A DNA stretch of 64,000 nt from a virus (IMGVR_UViG_3300020385_000012:1351-65350); one strand, 5' to 3'. Counted from the stretch's first letter, positions 35,819-46,824 are shown. Translations and numbers: made by a program. The notes: a model not told the origin generated them from the sequence alone.

Positions 35819-38800
35819 TTAATAAATTTTTATTTTTTTAGTTGACTTTCGTTTTTTCTTTTTAGGTTGTTTCCATTCTAATTCCCACTTAGCCCAACCT
35901 AAAGCATTAGCTACTCTCATCCAATCTTCATTTTCAGAGTCTAAAGCATCTTTTATATTTGTTATTTTTTTAATTCCTCTGTCAAGTGGTATATTCGTGC
36001 TCGCACTAACTAAATTACCTAAAGCTAAAGCAGCAGGATTATCTATAGCAAAACCTTTTTCTTTTATTTCTTTTTTATTCCATTGAAAAGTTCTATTTGC
36101 TGACACAACTTTTTTAATTTTAGATGAAATTGGAGGAGATAAATTCAATAATTCAATAGCAGTATCTTGAGGGCTACCTTTATCCGCCATTTTTATTATA
36201 ACATTTTTAAGTGTAGATATTGCTGCTCCATGAAAACCAATACCCCTTAATAATGAATCCGCCATACCGTTTGCAATTCTAGCACTTTTATTTTTTAAAA
36301 GCTCATCATCAGGATCATTACCAAACATCATGGCAAATAAAGCTTGCTGTAATGCGTTAAACATAATATTTTGTACAACACCATAATACATTATCTTAGA
36401 CATATTGGTTTTATCATCCCCACGTCTATTTATAAGATCACTAGCAGCTTTTTGCATTATTCTAGCATATTGTGATGGTGTGTTTGCAAAAGCTAATATA
36501 ACGCGCCCTAATTCGCTGGCTTGTTGTTGGCTAATTCTATCAGGTCTGCTTGATTGCTGAGACTCTTCAGATATTTCTCTAAAATCCAAAAAAGCTTTTT
36601 GCTCAGCTTCAGTTTTTGACATACCATCTTTGATATATGAATTAATTCTATTTCTATAAAAAGCAGCCCCCCCAGAGGATATTGCAAAACTATCCGCTAT
36701 TTGTGTTGGTAAAAATCCTAATTTTAATATTTTAGCAACAAAAGCTTTTGCTTTATTATTAGATTCAGCTGCAATTTCAGCAATATCGGCTTCATTAACA
36801 TTAATTTTTAACCCGTTACGTCTAGTTACTAAGTAATCAGAATTCATTAAAAACATTACGTCTTTCCAATATTGAGGTTGATTAGCAAATGCCGCAGCTG
36901 CTTTCAACGGATTATTATCATTCCAATTTAAATAATTCACTGCAGATATTGTTTGAAGAACAGCTGATCTTGAGTTAAAAAACATTATTGTTCCTACTGA
37001 GCCGTTTATCCAATCAACAAGTCTATTTGTTAAAGCGTCACCACCTTTGGATTTTCTGTTAGTTCCAGTTTTCATACGTTCGAGCATGTTTTCTAAAGCT
37101 AACCTATATTTTTTACCAAAAGCAGCCTCTAATTTATTTAAATTTGTTTCAGAAAATATTATATCAACATTTTGTTGCCATTTTTCTAAAGCTTGCTTTC
37201 TAGAGTCCGTGTTTAACCCTTGTAATAAATCTGTATTTATATTGCCAGCTAACCAATTTTTGTCCGGTTTTATGTATCCATCTTCATTTATTGTCATTAA
37301 ATCGTTAGCAAAATTTCTTAAAGAATTATCTTTAGCAACAAATTTATTTAATTCTTTTTTATCAATTTGAGATAATCCATCAATTTCAAAACCGCTTTGT
37401 GTCCATATATAAACTCTAATTGCTTGATCAACAGTAAAAGGTTCTCCAGGAACTTTTTCATTTAAATCTTTAGGCGATAATTTAGATAATTTTGTAATTT
37501 CATTATATTTATCAGCCATTTTTACCCTAGTGTTAGATATATCAACCATTGCTTGGGCATAAAGATCTGTTATATTTTTTTCAATCCATTTTATTTGTCT
37601 ATCTCCTTCTTTTCCTTTTCCAATAAATTTATACATTAACCCCATAAAATCCTGTGCTGATGGAGGTATACCTATTATATCAAATTTGCCTTTGTCCTTA
37701 CCAGCAACAGTAGCTTTAGCTCTAGCATATCTTTTTCTTGATTCAATTTTTGTAGAATTTTCTAAAATATCATTAAACTCAACATTTAAATCTATACTTT
37801 CACTAGGCTTTATATTTGTAAACACCTCCGCAGTTTGCGGTCCAGCTTTTATTGTTTTAGGTTTTACAACAGCATCATTGTTGCCAAAAAATAAATAAGC
37901 TCTTATATTAAATTTTGTTTTTGTATTATTTTCTCGGGTTTGATCAGTTAAAGAAATTTTTATAACAGTGTCTAAACCAAAATTGTAAATATCTTTTACT
38001 TTTAATTTTAGAGGATTTGTTCCTAATGACACCCACCCTTTGTCACCAAAGTACATGTATTGGTCCCCTTTACTTTTATATAATTTAACTATTGGAGCCA
38101 CCGTTGGTAATGTTTTTGTAGCTGTTCTACTAATAAGTTTACTTAACCATTCGCTCATTTTTAATGGCTCTTTATTTATATCTTTTTCTGTTGGATGAAA
38201 TTTATCTGTAATTACAAATCCATCTGAATCTAACTCATATGGCAGGTTTGCTTCGTCTAATTTTTGAATTATTCTATTGGTTATTTTATTAGCCTCCGCA
38301 AACATTTCATTTGCTATTTCTGGACCAAATTCATTTAGTATATTTTTTTTACCATTTTTAGACCCTATTTTGTCACTAATAGAATTTTTAATTTCAAAAC
38401 CGTATTTTTGTCCATTGAGTTCAATGTCTATATCAACGCCTGTGTCTCCTGTTTTTAGCGCTTTTAAGTCAGACATATTAAGAATTTTAATTCCCGGTAT
38501 CAAAGCTTCTAACTCTTTCGCTACAAAATACTCTAATGCTTGCCCTTTTCTATCCTTTAAATTTAAACCATATTGTACTTGCCCAGCAATTAAAGCGGTC
38601 CAAAATACATTAAAATTTTCTTCTAAACTAATACCGTCTAAAGAATTAACAAGATCTATAATTAAACTAGCAGATTCAGAAAATTTAAAATCTGTAGCTC
38701 TATCAATTTCTTTTGCAACTTGTGATAAGTAATTGTCATCAAACTGCTCCCCTTGCATTTCAACAATGCTTTGTATTTTATTTTGTATTTCTGGATCTCT

Positions 38801-41800
38801 TATAACGTCTAATGTAGCATCAAAAGCAATTTCTTCAGCTAATGCTTCCGCTAATGCTGTTTTTCTTGTTCCTTGCGTAGACCTACCAACATCTTCACCT
38901 AAAAAATAATCTACAAATTCTTTATTTTTTATTTTCTTTTTTCTAAATATAGGATTTCCTTGAGCAGTTTTTTCTCTTTTTTGTTTTCCATTCTCATCTA
39001 AAACCGGCTCTACAAAAGGTTTAAATCTTTTATTTAATGTAGACTGAGGTATTATACTATATAATAAATCAAAATTAACTTGCAAAAATTGCTTATAATC
39101 AACACCTCTTCCTAAAAATTTAGCTATTGTAGGTTTTAATTCTGTTCTAAATGCTTTTTGTAATTTTTTTCTAAAATCTTTTGATTTAACAGATGGTAAT
39201 TTTGTACCAAAAGTTTTAATAACAGAATTTTTAACTTTATTTACAATGCTTTCTGTTAATCCTAAAGATGTCCTAAGACTTTCTCTTTGATCAAGTATTT
39301 CAGGATTGGTAACATCATCAGTAACGCTTTTTGCTTCTGAAACGTCTTCTGTAAATTTAGTTTCAAACATCTGAGATGCTATTGTTTTACTTTTTTGTTT
39401 TAATCTAAAAAGTATATGTGAAGCTAAAACAGGGTTTCTTTTGGCATCATATTGTCTTAAAGAGCCAAGTATTCCATACACTGGGTCTGAAACAAGAGCC
39501 ATTTCAAAATCTTCTTTCATTTCTGAAAACTTAGGAACATCTCTATATTTATTTACAATTTTTTTAATTTCTTGTTTTATATATTTATTATCAGCAATCG
39601 ACATTATTGCATTTTCACCTTTATTTTCAAACATTGTCTGTATTGCTTGAGAATCAGAGGCTGCAACTTTTAATTCTGGTTCAGCTTGAACTTTTTTATC
39701 TGCTTCAATAATTAAATCGCTTAAACCAGCTTTTAATTTTACTAAATCGGTTTTATCTAAAGTTCCATCTTTTATTCTTTGGCCAAAGTTTATAAGTAAA
39801 TTTACAGCATCGGTTTGACCTTTAAAATTAATTTTAGTACCCGCGACTAAATTCATGCTTTCCGCAATTGAACCTAAAAATGTTTTATTTTTAATATTGT
39901 CGGGTTTAATTTTGCCCTCCGCTACTCTTTCTAAAAAGTTAACAACTATTTCTTCAGCATTAGTAATATCTGCCGACTGAGCACCTTTTACTCGCTTCCC
40001 TTTAAATTCAACACCAAACATTTGGTCATAAACTTTTTTATTGTTTACTTTTAACCATTTTTCTATTTGTTCAGCTATTGGTTTATATTCATCGCTTTTT
40101 ATTCCTAAGGATTCAAACAATGCGTTATGTGAAATTTCATGATACCCTGTACCCGCTCTTTCATTTTTAACAGCATTTTCTTTAGATATTAATTCATAAG
40201 ACTTGCCTTTTAATTTAAATTGAATCCCGTTTGTTATACCTTTTCTAAATTTGTTTATAGTGTTTTGGTCAATATTTGCTCCAATTTTTGTTACGTAATC
40301 TAATAGTTGATCATTAGTTTGAAATGACTTAAATTCGTTATTAAGCCCTTTTATTTTTTTACTAGATGCCACCGATTCGTCAAACTTATCTTCAAAATAC
40401 AATTCAGAAGCCTTTTGAAAAACTTTTGTTTCTGATGTATTAGTATTGTAAAATTCAAAAGAATCTTTAGCTTTTTGTATATAACTATTGTATTTTTTAT
40501 TATCCGAAGCTTTTAGTAAACTAAATTCATTGCCAAAAGATTCTTCGCTTCTAAATAAATCTCTAACTTCTTGTAAATTATTAAAATCGCTTTGCAATAT
40601 ATTTAACGCTAATTTTTTTTGTTTGTTAGTTAGCTTGTTATCGTTTAGTATTTCCGAAGCTTTAGATCTTAATGTTTCTTGTTTGGATGTTATATCCATG
40701 TAGCCCTGAAAAGCTTCTTTAGATATTTTTTCGTTTATTTTGTTACTAATATTTGATAATATACTTTCGTTTGCTTCTCTTAATGTTTTAACCTGCTGTT
40801 CAAAGCTTTTAAAAGTAGATGAATTAGTGTTTAAATTCGCCATACTTTGTTCTATCTCACTAATTTTATCATTATTAGCTCGAAACTCTTTATATTTATC
40901 TACGTCGCCAAATTTTTGCATAAACATTCCTGCGGTTGCAGGAGCAGAATTCATTAAAACTGCAAACATAGCGCCAGAAAAAGCAGAGTGATCTACGTTT
41001 TCAAAAGTAGGCCTTCCTGTTAAAATGTTTTGTGTCATAGTAGTTAAAGACTCACCACCAGATTCAATAAAAACTGGTGCGGCAATTTGTTGACCGAAAT
41101 AGCCTTTCATACTTCTTTCAACAACAGATTTACCTGATTTTGACAGAGCGTTAAAAGTGTTTCTTAAAAGCAAATAACTAGGAGCAACACCAAACAAACC
41201 TTCTGCCATACCATAACCAGATGAAATAAGCATTTTTTCCCCAACGCTACGACTAGACATAGGATCTAAAGCGTCTTGTTTTGTCATAGTGGCGTATTGT
41301 TCTCCCGCGCTTGGTAAACTTGCTGCTACTCCTGCGGCTATTGTTTGTCCCGCAGCTCCAGCGCCTGCAAAACTAGCAAGACCACCAGATGCCGCCATAG
41401 ATGCAAATATAGGTAATTGAGTTGATATTTCTTGCCCTAAAAATCTACCGAAGTTTCCATCTTTGAAAGCATCTTTAAATTTTATATTAGGAGAATATTT
41501 ATTCATTGTTCCGTCTACATAATTACCCCAAGCAAGATCAACTTCATCTAAAGCCTTTAAGGTTTTTTCTTTCTGCTCTTCATCGTCTTCAAAAAGTATA
41601 GTAGAAATTCTTGTAGCGTTATTTAAACCATATACAACAGCACTACCTAGCCCAGTACCAATTTTAGCTAAATGTTTATTAAAATGATCATAATCTTTAC
41701 TTAATAAATCAGCACTAATAGCCATTTCTTGCATATCGGCACCTTGTGTTTTTAAATAAGGAAGCTTGCTTAATATAGCCTCTTCTTTTAATTTATATTC

Positions 41801-42832
41801 ATCAAAGTTTGATTTATATTGATTAAATTCATTTTTAGAAATTAACCTGCCGTCTTCTAATTGTAATAATTCACTTTCGGGAACTCCTAATGTTTTAAAA
41901 TTATAATTTGGGTCTTTTACCTTGTCAGTAAAGCTTTGAATTTCATCGCCTAATTGTTTATTTTGATTATACAAATCTTCAACTTTTTGTGAAAATTTCA
42001 TATAATTTTCAATATCTTTTTTTACATTAGTTTTTTGAGACTCAAATTTTTCGTAATCTGGCTGTAAAACTTTACTAGATGGAATATTAATATTGCCAGA
42101 AACACTAGTAAATCCCTCAACCTTTTTGTATTTTTTATATTCAGGATCTTTATCTAAAATTTGATCAACGTTATATTTAAATTTATCAAGCTTATATTTG
42201 CTTTTTAATTGATTTAACAATTCTAAATCTAATTCCTCTCCCTCTAAACCTTGCTCGTTTTTTATTTTTAGTCTTCTTTGCTTTAATTCTTTTTCAGAAA
42301 TATCTAACGATCTTTCATATTCAAAATATTTAGATTGTGTTGTAGACGAGGGGCCAGCTCTTAATGTTCCTCCGCCAACTATAACGCCGGGATTTTGTAT
42401 AATTTCAGTTTTTTCGTTAAAAATATCAAAATTAGGGTTATCATCTGTACCAAATAATCTTTCCATCTCTGCATTTTGCTCGCCTGTAAGTTTTGCTTTT
42501 TCAAGCATAACAGAGGTGTCTTTACTTATAGATGGGACAACAGATATATCTTCCGTAGTTGTTGGAGTTGGTTCTGATTTTTTTATATTTTCAATAGTTA
42601 AGCCTTGAAGCTCATTACCTATTTGGGTTGGCATCGCTGGTGATGCCGAAGAAATATTTCCCGAATTTAAATCCGTATTGGATGCTTTGTTTTCTTCCAC
42701 AGCCGCACCCGGTGTTGTGGACGATTGCTTTCCCTCAGAACTATCGTATTTTTCGTATCCTGGAAATAAGCCTAGCTGAGATTCTTCAACTTCGTATATC
42801 TCACCCTCCCATTTAATTTTAAATTTATCCAT
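35819..42832 (-). CDS. Giant internal virion (ejected) multidomain protein
   Basis: 2337 aa, last of three internal-protein genes; HEISH metallopeptidase-like, sigma-r2-like and PD-(D/E)xK-like segments seen by eye. Confidence 0.75.
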   Translation of the reverse strand: MDKFKIKWEGEIYEVEESQLGLFPGYEKYDSSEGKQSSTTPGAAVEENKASNTDLNSGNISSASPAMPTQIGNELQGLTIENIKKSEPTPTTTEDISVVPSISKDTSVMLEKAKLTGEQNAEMERLFGTDDNPNFDIFNEKTEIIQNPGVIVGGGTLRAGPSSTTQSKYFEYERSLDISEKELKQRRLKIKNEQGLEGEELDLELLNQLKSKYKLDKFKYNVDQILDKDPEYKKYKKVEGFTSVSGNINIPSSKVLQPDYEKFESQKTNVKKDIENYMKFSQKVEDLYNQNKQLGDEIQSFTDKVKDPNYNFKTLGVPESELLQLEDGRLISKNEFNQYKSNFDEYKLKEEAILSKLPYLKTQGADMQEMAISADLLSKDYDHFNKHLAKIGTGLGSAVVYGLNNATRISTILFEDDEEQKEKTLKALDEVDLAWGNYVDGTMNKYSPNIKFKDAFKDGNFGRFLGQEISTQLPIFASMAASGGLASFAGAGAAGQTIAAGVAASLPSAGEQYATMTKQDALDPMSSRSVGEKMLISSGYGMAEGLFGVAPSYLLLRNTFNALSKSGKSVVERSMKGYFGQQIAAPVFIESGGESLTTMTQNILTGRPTFENVDHSAFSGAMFAVLMNSAPATAGMFMQKFGDVDKYKEFRANNDKISEIEQSMANLNTNSSTFKSFEQQVKTLREANESILSNISNKINEKISKEAFQGYMDITSKQETLRSKASEILNDNKLTNKQKKLALNILQSDFNNLQEVRDLFRSEESFGNEFSLLKASDNKKYNSYIQKAKDSFEFYNTNTSETKVFQKASELYFEDKFDESVASSKKIKGLNNEFKSFQTNDQLLDYVTKIGANIDQNTINKFRKGITNGIQFKLKGKSYELISKENAVKNERAGTGYHEISHNALFESLGIKSDEYKPIAEQIEKWLKVNNKKVYDQMFGVEFKGKRVKGAQSADITNAEEIVVNFLERVAEGKIKPDNIKNKTFLGSIAESMNLVAGTKINFKGQTDAVNLLINFGQRIKDGTLDKTDLVKLKAGLSDLIIEADKKVQAEPELKVAASDSQAIQTMFENKGENAIMSIADNKYIKQEIKKIVNKYRDVPKFSEMKEDFEMALVSDPVYGILGSLRQYDAKRNPVLASHILFRLKQKSKTIASQMFETKFTEDVSEAKSVTDDVTNPEILDQRESLRTSLGLTESIVNKVKNSVIKTFGTKLPSVKSKDFRKKLQKAFRTELKPTIAKFLGRGVDYKQFLQVNFDLLYSIIPQSTLNKRFKPFVEPVLDENGKQKREKTAQGNPIFRKKKIKNKEFVDYFLGEDVGRSTQGTRKTALAEALAEEIAFDATLDVIRDPEIQNKIQSIVEMQGEQFDDNYLSQVAKEIDRATDFKFSESASLIIDLVNSLDGISLEENFNVFWTALIAGQVQYGLNLKDRKGQALEYFVAKELEALIPGIKILNMSDLKALKTGDTGVDIDIELNGQKYGFEIKNSISDKIGSKNGKKNILNEFGPEIANEMFAEANKITNRIIQKLDEANLPYELDSDGFVITDKFHPTEKDINKEPLKMSEWLSKLISRTATKTLPTVAPIVKLYKSKGDQYMYFGDKGWVSLGTNPLKLKVKDIYNFGLDTVIKISLTDQTRENNTKTKFNIRAYLFFGNNDAVVKPKTIKAGPQTAEVFTNIKPSESIDLNVEFNDILENSTKIESRKRYARAKATVAGKDKGKFDIIGIPPSAQDFMGLMYKFIGKGKEGDRQIKWIEKNITDLYAQAMVDISNTRVKMADKYNEITKLSKLSPKDLNEKVPGEPFTVDQAIRVYIWTQSGFEIDGLSQIDKKELNKFVAKDNSLRNFANDLMTINEDGYIKPDKNWLAGNINTDLLQGLNTDSRKQALEKWQQNVDIIFSETNLNKLEAAFGKKYRLALENMLERMKTGTNRKSKGGDALTNRLVDWINGSVGTIMFFNSRSAVLQTISAVNYLNWNDNNPLKAAAAFANQPQYWKDVMFLMNSDYLVTRRNGLKINVNEADIAEIAAESNNKAKAFVAKILKLGFLPTQIADSFAISSGGAAFYRNRINSYIKDGMSKTEAEQKAFLDFREISEESQQSSRPDRISQQQASELGRVILAFANTPSQYARIMQKAASDLINRRGDDKTNMSKIMYYGVVQNIMFNALQQALFAMMFGNDPDDELLKNKSARIANGMADSLLRGIGFHGAAISTLKNVIIKMADKGSPQDTAIELLNLSPPISSKIKKVVSANRTFQWNKKEIKEKGFAIDNPAALALGNLVSASTNIPLDRGIKKITNIKDALDSENEDWMRVANALGWAKWELEWKQPKKKKRKSTKKIKIY

Positions 42833-42836
42833 ATAA

Positions 42837-44723
42837 TTATAGTTTTAATGCTTCTCTTTTAAACCAGTCCATTGATGCTAATCGAGGATAGTTTTTTGTT
42901 AAAGATTGAATTGCTTGTTTTCTTGATAAACCTTGATTCTGTGCGTATTTATTTATAACATAAGGCCTAAATTTTGCCATTCTATCATCAGCTAAACCCG
43001 AGGGGTTTTGTATATACTTAAAATAAAATTGCTGATCAAAGTAAGTTTTATAGGCTTGGGACTTTGTACTTTCATTTAATTCACTTTCTTTACCTTGTAA
43101 TCTTTTATAGAATTTTTCAAGGTCATAAGGATCAAACATGTCAAATTTCAAACTTTTTTGTGGGCCCTGCTCCATAACTGCGTTTGGTAAATTCATTAAC
43201 GCTTGGTTTTTTTCATCGTCAGTTTTTGTTGCATATTCAGGGCTGCTAATTAATTCTTTATATTCCTTGCTATTTTTATCAATACCAGAAACTAACTTAC
43301 TTTTTGGTTGGAAAGACAAGGTTAATATACCTTCAGCGTTTATACTAGAATTTTCTACACTTCTTACTACGCCACCGTCACTTATTTCGTTTATGCCCGA
43401 TAAATTGTAATCCATGACAGATCCTTTAAACTCATTACCGTCTGTTCTTTCTCTATCTGAACTAAAATTATTGCCAGGGTTTGCAATTATATTTTGTATA
43501 TCTGAACTTATGTCAAAAGTTCTACTCATCATTTGCTGAGGGTATAACTTACTTGCGTCTCCACCTCCTCCACCGCCACCGCCGCTTCCGCTTTGGCCAC
43601 TGCTATCCTGTGGGGCTTTATAAAATTGGTCTAATACACCTTCATTTTCAATTTGATTCATAGTGTACTGGGCTACTATTTCTGATTTGCCTCTTTGAGA
43701 TTGTTTAAAAATATTTTGAGCAGTTTTTTCGTCAACACCTAATGTTTTTTGAATTTCTTTAAAACCAATATTCATAGGTAGGTCTAAAATTCTTTCGACT
43801 TGATCGGTAGATAATTTTCCACCCAACGCGTTACTCATTATTTCAATCTTTTTTTCTTCAGAAATATCTACGTGGTTATTATAAATATCATTAGCAAGAG
43901 ACAATTCATTCCTAGTCATGTTTTCTTTATCCAGCCCCATAGAATTATAAACTGTTCTTTTAACTTCATCCATAGCTATTTGATAGCTAGTTTCTTTTTC
44001 ATTTGCCTTATCTGCAGTGACTAAATTTTTTAAATTAGCCATTGATCTATTTTTTGCTGATTTTAAATAATCGTCTTTTTTACCGTCAATAATTTCTCTT
44101 TGTTCTTTGCTAGATGATGTAAAAATAGTTTGTAAAAGTTCTGGTGAATATTTTTTGCCGTTGACTATCATGTAGCTTTCAAACTTCCCTAATTCTTTAT
44201 TATAAGTAAAACTAGGTTTAGATTTACCTAATTTTATAGCATCATAAATAGCTTTTTTTTCTTTATATTTTGGTGCACCCCGATCCTCATCTTCGTTAAT
44301 ATCTAAACCTGAAGTATACACATAATCCATTACTGTATTTATAGGAGTGACAGCAGATTGAAAACTATTTTGTGCATCTCTTAGCCCTTTTTTATCCATT
44401 CTATTTTCTTTAGGCATTGAGAATAAACCTCCCAAGCCTTTCTTAGTGGGTTGCTCAACCTTTAAAGCTTCAGAATAAAATTGCTCCAATGCTTGGTTTA
44501 TTTGTTCTTTTGTTTGCGTGCCATTATCTACAGCGGCTTGCAATTCTTTTTCCATTGCTTCGCCTTGCTCATAAATAGAATCTTCATATTCTTTTCTATC
44601 AGCAATCATTTCTTCGCCTTTTTGTATACCAGCTTGCAACCCTTTATTAAAAGTGTCTGTAAAAGCTTTTACGCCTGCAGTGTAATCTACTGTATATGAT
44701 TTTGGATTTTCGTATGCTCCCAT
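42837..44723 (-). CDS. Internal virion protein
   Basis: 628 aa helical protein between the pilot-like and giant proteins (podovirus synteny). Confidence 0.6.
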   Translation of the reverse strand: MGAYENPKSYTVDYTAGVKAFTDTFNKGLQAGIQKGEEMIADRKEYEDSIYEQGEAMEKELQAAVDNGTQTKEQINQALEQFYSEALKVEQPTKKGLGGLFSMPKENRMDKKGLRDAQNSFQSAVTPINTVMDYVYTSGLDINEDEDRGAPKYKEKKAIYDAIKLGKSKPSFTYNKELGKFESYMIVNGKKYSPELLQTIFTSSSKEQREIIDGKKDDYLKSAKNRSMANLKNLVTADKANEKETSYQIAMDEVKRTVYNSMGLDKENMTRNELSLANDIYNNHVDISEEKKIEIMSNALGGKLSTDQVERILDLPMNIGFKEIQKTLGVDEKTAQNIFKQSQRGKSEIVAQYTMNQIENEGVLDQFYKAPQDSSGQSGSGGGGGGGGDASKLYPQQMMSRTFDISSDIQNIIANPGNNFSSDRERTDGNEFKGSVMDYNLSGINEISDGGVVRSVENSSINAEGILTLSFQPKSKLVSGIDKNSKEYKELISSPEYATKTDDEKNQALMNLPNAVMEQGPQKSLKFDMFDPYDLEKFYKRLQGKESELNESTKSQAYKTYFDQQFYFKYIQNPSGLADDRMAKFRPYVINKYAQNQGLSRKQAIQSLTKNYPRLASMDWFKREALKL

Positions 44724-44729
44724 AATTTA

Positions 44730-45563
44730 TTAAAAGTATTTTTTTGGAAATATGTTCGAACTTGGTATGTTTGCCGTTAACCCTCCTGTGAACTTATTAG
44801 GATCTAAAATATCACTAAAGCCACTTTTTGTGCCCCCTAATGATAATCCATTTCCGCCACCAGACATACCTGGTGCACCACTTAATGATTTTTTAAACAT
44901 TCCGCCTCCGATTGCGGCACCCGCTAAACTTCCTAACGCCCCAAATGCAGCACTAGACATTTGACTAGCTTGTTGTCCGTATTGAGCAGCTTGCATTGAA
45001 GCTTGATCTGCTTGCCCAGCTAATCTATTTAATTTAGCCACGTCTCTTTTTTCTTGTGCCCCAAATTTAAAAGCTTTACCTTGCGCTTCTGCTCCTTGGA
45101 CTCTCGCCGCTTCGCTCATTCTTAATTGTTGCATTTTTTGCTCTCCTTGAGCTCTTAACCTTGTGTTTTGAGCTTCTTGTTTTTCAATACCAGCTGCAAT
45201 ACCGGCTTTTGATCTTGCTGCTGCTTGTGCTAAAGCAGTAGCTCCCCCAGCTCCCGCACCTGTAGCTCTTAATGTATCTAAAGTAGTAGCTAAACTAATA
45301 TCAGCCTCAGCGCCTTGTATTTCAGCAGCTTTTGTAGCCACTTGTAAATTAGCAAAAGGGTTTGTTACCATACTGCTCAAATCCTTAACGTTTTCATAAG
45401 GATTAATAACAGATTGCCTGTTGTTCTCTAAATTTGTAATTTGTTTATTTAGTGCAGCTGCCTGCTCTCTAGCTCTTCTAGCAGCTCTTCTGGCTTTCCC
45501 AGCACCAAATAGGCTACCTAAAGCTGACACACCTGCCGAAATTCCCATTGCTAAAAAACTCAT
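44730..45563 (-). CDS. Internal virion / DNA pilot-like protein
   Basis: Ala/Gly/Gln-rich with hydrophobic Gly-rich termini, T7 gp14-like composition. Confidence 0.65.
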   Translation of the reverse strand: MSFLAMGISAGVSALGSLFGAGKARRAARRAREQAAALNKQITNLENNRQSVINPYENVKDLSSMVTNPFANLQVATKAAEIQGAEADISLATTLDTLRATGAGAGGATALAQAAARSKAGIAAGIEKQEAQNTRLRAQGEQKMQQLRMSEAARVQGAEAQGKAFKFGAQEKRDVAKLNRLAGQADQASMQAAQYGQQASQMSSAAFGALGSLAGAAIGGGMFKKSLSGAPGMSGGGNGLSLGGTKSGFSDILDPNKFTGGLTANIPSSNIFPKKYF

Positions 45564-45574
45564 ATATTTTTATT

Positions 45575-46819
45575 TTAATTTGATGATAATACCGTTTCAG
45601 ATGAAACAGCAAATAATTCTTTTTTCGATGTCTCTGTAGTGTTTGTTTCAAACACAGATGATACGTACATTCCTTTTATTCCTGACATAGCTTCTCCAAA
45701 TATTATTTCGTTTTCATCAATAGCTGAACTATTTTGTAAATAAGATAAATATTTGTTTTCTTTTTTATTAAAAGCCTGTAGGCCAGGTAAATCATAATCT
45801 AAAGCGTTGCTATAAGCACTTATATCAAAAGCACTATCAGTAAAGTTAGCATCGTCTAAATCTGTTTTTATGTTATTGACTTTCCAGCCAGTTGTTCCTT
45901 CGTAAGATAAATTTTTAAATACTTTTACCGCCGAAGGAGTATTATTTAATATTACGTTTACTTTTGATGTATTGCTTACATTATAAAAGTTATTGTAATT
46001 CGTTGTTTGATAATGTTTGTAAATATTTGGGCCATTAAATGTGTATAATACATTTTTTAATGTAAACCCTGCATTAGGCTTATAAGTATAAAAACTTGTC
46101 CAACCTTTTGAAGATTCATCATAACCCAAAGTATAATATTCTGAATCGTTTTGAAGCGATAGTACATATTGATCTTTTACATTATCGTATATACCAACAA
46201 TTTTATTAGCTGTTTTTAAATTATCTTTAAACCAGCTTCTCATACCATAATACGACACTTCAGTATGGCCATCTCTTGATAGCCTTATTACAACCCCTCT
46301 TTTTTTATCTGCAAAGTATTTTAATCCTCCTTTTATTGCAAAACTTTCAGGATTTGTACCAATTCCATATCTTCCTGAAAAAGGTATTACTTGGCCAATA
46401 ACTATATTACTTAAAGATTTTATTGAGCTACCTTCTGCAGTGAACACTGCGTCTTTATCTATTAGTGCTCTACTAATTTTATCTTCTTGTAATATTAATA
46501 AATTAGTATCTTCTGCGTGTAGCTTCTGTATACTACCCTGTCCACTATCAACAGCTTTAGTATTAGATTTTCCAATACTAAATTCATTTAATTTATTTAC
46601 ACCTGTTTTAGAATTATAAATACCAGAATATATTAAAGCATTTTTTCTTCTTCTTTCTGCATAATTTTCATCAGTAGCAAAAGCTCTAGTGGCTAATTCC
46701 ATAGACTGGTTGTTAAATCCACCTTTTATTCTGGATTCTTCAATATGAAATTTTCTGCTTGCATGAGCGGGTTTTATAATAAAGGTATTAAAATAACCTA
46801 TTTCTTTTGCTATTCCCAT
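45575..46819 (-). CDS. Tail nozzle/stabilisation protein, second part
   Basis: YGIGTNPESFA..YFADKKRGVVIRLSRDG..GWTSFY motifs seen in Bacteroidota podophage stabilisation proteins. Confidence 0.65.
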   Translation of the reverse strand: MGIAKEIGYFNTFIIKPAHASRKFHIEESRIKGGFNNQSMELATRAFATDENYAERRRKNALIYSGIYNSKTGVNKLNEFSIGKSNTKAVDSGQGSIQKLHAEDTNLLILQEDKISRALIDKDAVFTAEGSSIKSLSNIVIGQVIPFSGRYGIGTNPESFAIKGGLKYFADKKRGVVIRLSRDGHTEVSYYGMRSWFKDNLKTANKIVGIYDNVKDQYVLSLQNDSEYYTLGYDESSKGWTSFYTYKPNAGFTLKNVLYTFNGPNIYKHYQTTNYNNFYNVSNTSKVNVILNNTPSAVKVFKNLSYEGTTGWKVNNIKTDLDDANFTDSAFDISAYSNALDYDLPGLQAFNKKENKYLSYLQNSSAIDENEIIFGEAMSGIKGMYVSSVFETNTTETSKKELFAVSSETVLSSN

Positions 46820-46824
46820 GTTTT

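Noticed and set aside
35819-42832. Giant protein as a virion RNA polymerase (crAss/N4-like)
   Set aside because: No DxDGD/DFDID or T7-type catalytic motif seen; GVDIDI fits a PD-(D/E)xK context better. Not excluded without a structure search.
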